From contig MFRB01000100.1 in the NCBI GenBank assembly GCA_001783255.1, positions 14,653 to 48,387 of the forward strand: a stretch of 33,735 nt of DNA. Direction: 5' to 3'. The stretch is from Candidatus Magasanikbacteria bacterium RIFOXYD12_FULL_33_17 (GTDB taxonomy: Bacteria; Patescibacteriota; Patescibacteriia; Magasanikbacterales; UBA922). The notes under the pieces were generated by a model. It worked only from the letters and a program-made list of their open reading frames with translations. It was not told the DNA's origin and ran no database searches. How positions within the stretch are numbered: position 1 is the first letter of the stretch; the number at the start of each line of letters is the position of its first letter. Both the position numbers and the translations under genes were made by a program. This document shows positions 33,132 through 33,735 of this stretch, piece after piece.

Positions 33132-33735
33132 TCACTCTCCTTTCTCCACCACTTTCACACCTGGTATCCAAAAGCCAAATTCACTTCCTTTTCCAAGTCC
33201 TTCACTATGTGCCCAAACATGACCACCATGTTTTTCGATAAATCTCTTACAGACATAGATTCCAAGTCCTGTACCATTTACATTGGTTCCTTGTACGTTT
33301 TTGCCACGATAAAATTTTTGAAAAAAATTGACTTCATCTTCTTTGTTGAATCCAAAACCTTGATCTTTTATCTTCACATTATAACCATTATCTTCTTTTT
33401 CAACAGAAACTTTGATAGTTCCTTTGTCACTATATTTGATAGAATTGTCCAAAAAATTGAAAACTACATGACGAATTTTCTCTTCATCCATAACAATTTT
33501 ATCGATATTTTTTTCAGGTTTCCACACTATCTTCAATTTCTTGACAGAGAACTCAGGTTTCATGGACAATTCTTTGACAACACTAGAAATAAGATCATTA
33601 ATACTTTTGTCTTCAAAAGTGAATTTTGTCCTTCCTTGCTCAATACGAGTAATATCCAAAAATTCTTCTACTAATGTTAAAAGTCTATCATTACTTTCAT
33701 CCATATTTTTTAGAGTTTCCTTCATTTTTTTGTTT
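33132..33735 (-). CDS. Histidine kinase, C-terminal part only (end of HisKA plus HATPase_c); the 5' end lies outside the window
   Basis: The reading frame stays open to the window edge, and the Met at 33725 is internal. The second HisKA helix is DRLLTLVEEFLDITRIEQG. The N-box is FNFLDNSIKYS, G1 is IKDQGFGF, and G2 is GTGLGIYVCKRFIEKHGG. Confidence 0.85.
   Translation of the reverse strand, partial: NKKMKETLKNMDESNDRLLTLVEEFLDITRIEQGRTKFTFEDKSINDLISSVVKELSMKPEFSVKKLKIVWKPEKNIDKIVMDEEKIRHVVFNFLDNSIKYSDKGTIKVSVEKEDNGYNVKIKDQGFGFNKEDEVNFFQKFYRGKNVQGTNVNGTGLGIYVCKRFIEKHGGHVWAHSEGLGKGSEFGFWIPGVKVVEKGE

Noticed and set aside
1533-33674. All plus-strand ORFs in the track (60-169 aa, for example 1533-1775, 4518-5027, 12917-13210, 15146-15502, 28351-28674, 33207-33674)
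   Set aside because: Each is fully antisense to a long minus-strand gene with recognisable domains. Their translations are low-complexity Phe/Ile/Leu/Asn/Thr strings, as expected from reading AT-rich DNA in the wrong frame. None has a promoter or motif support.
1-33735. Possibility of an alternative genetic code (UGA read as Gly or Trp, as in some candidate phyla and mollicutes)
   Set aside because: Long conserved-domain ORFs are uninterrupted under the standard code. TGA terminates at least three genes at sensible C-termini (stops at 24927, 25583 and 31731).

Overview
The window is very AT-rich: hand counts give 17 G+C in 80 nt at 9741-9820, against 35 in 80 nt inside the gene at 12981-13060. 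Every gene I can support lies on the minus strand. Gene content and style fit a small-genome, monoderm-type bacterium such as CPR/Patescibacteria, but that is an inference and cannot be proven from this window. TGA is used as a normal stop, so this is not a UGA-recoded lineage. Reading in the transcription direction (high to low coordinates), the window contains:
- A histidine kinase 3' end, a bactofilin, and a DAGK-family lipid-kinase-like gene.
- tRNA-Leu(GAG), followed by an orphan membrane protein.
- An unusually long RNase P RNA with its own promoter and terminator.
- A polysaccharide operon: a polyprenyl-phosphate sugar transferase and three GT4 glycosyltransferases. A RAYT/IS200-like HUH transposase gene interrupts it.
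- A type IV pilus (T4P) operon: REC-only regulator, PilB, PilC, a GspH-like minor pilin, a 2059-aa pilin-headed giant protein, an inserted GC-richer Bro-N/DinD-like gene, two more pilin-like genes, a PilM-TM fusion, and the major pilin with a strong terminator.
- A Cache-only membrane protein, a Cache-HAMP-PAS-PAS histidine kinase, and a DUF4012 membrane protein carrying a retroviral-type CCHC zinc knuckle.
- A membrane protein with tandem beta-sandwich repeats, and a response regulator cut by the window edge.

The most interesting items are:
- The giant pilin-headed multi-domain protein, a candidate pilus-displayed adhesin.
- A roughly 570-nt rnpB with a 113-nt structured insert that contains a tandem duplication.
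- A phased 9-nt inverted repeat array between two polysaccharide genes.
- Recurrent AAT[TA]GAGATAA boxes at two distant intergenic sites.
- The zinc knuckle on the DUF4012 protein.

All domain calls come from reading motifs by eye. No database search was run.
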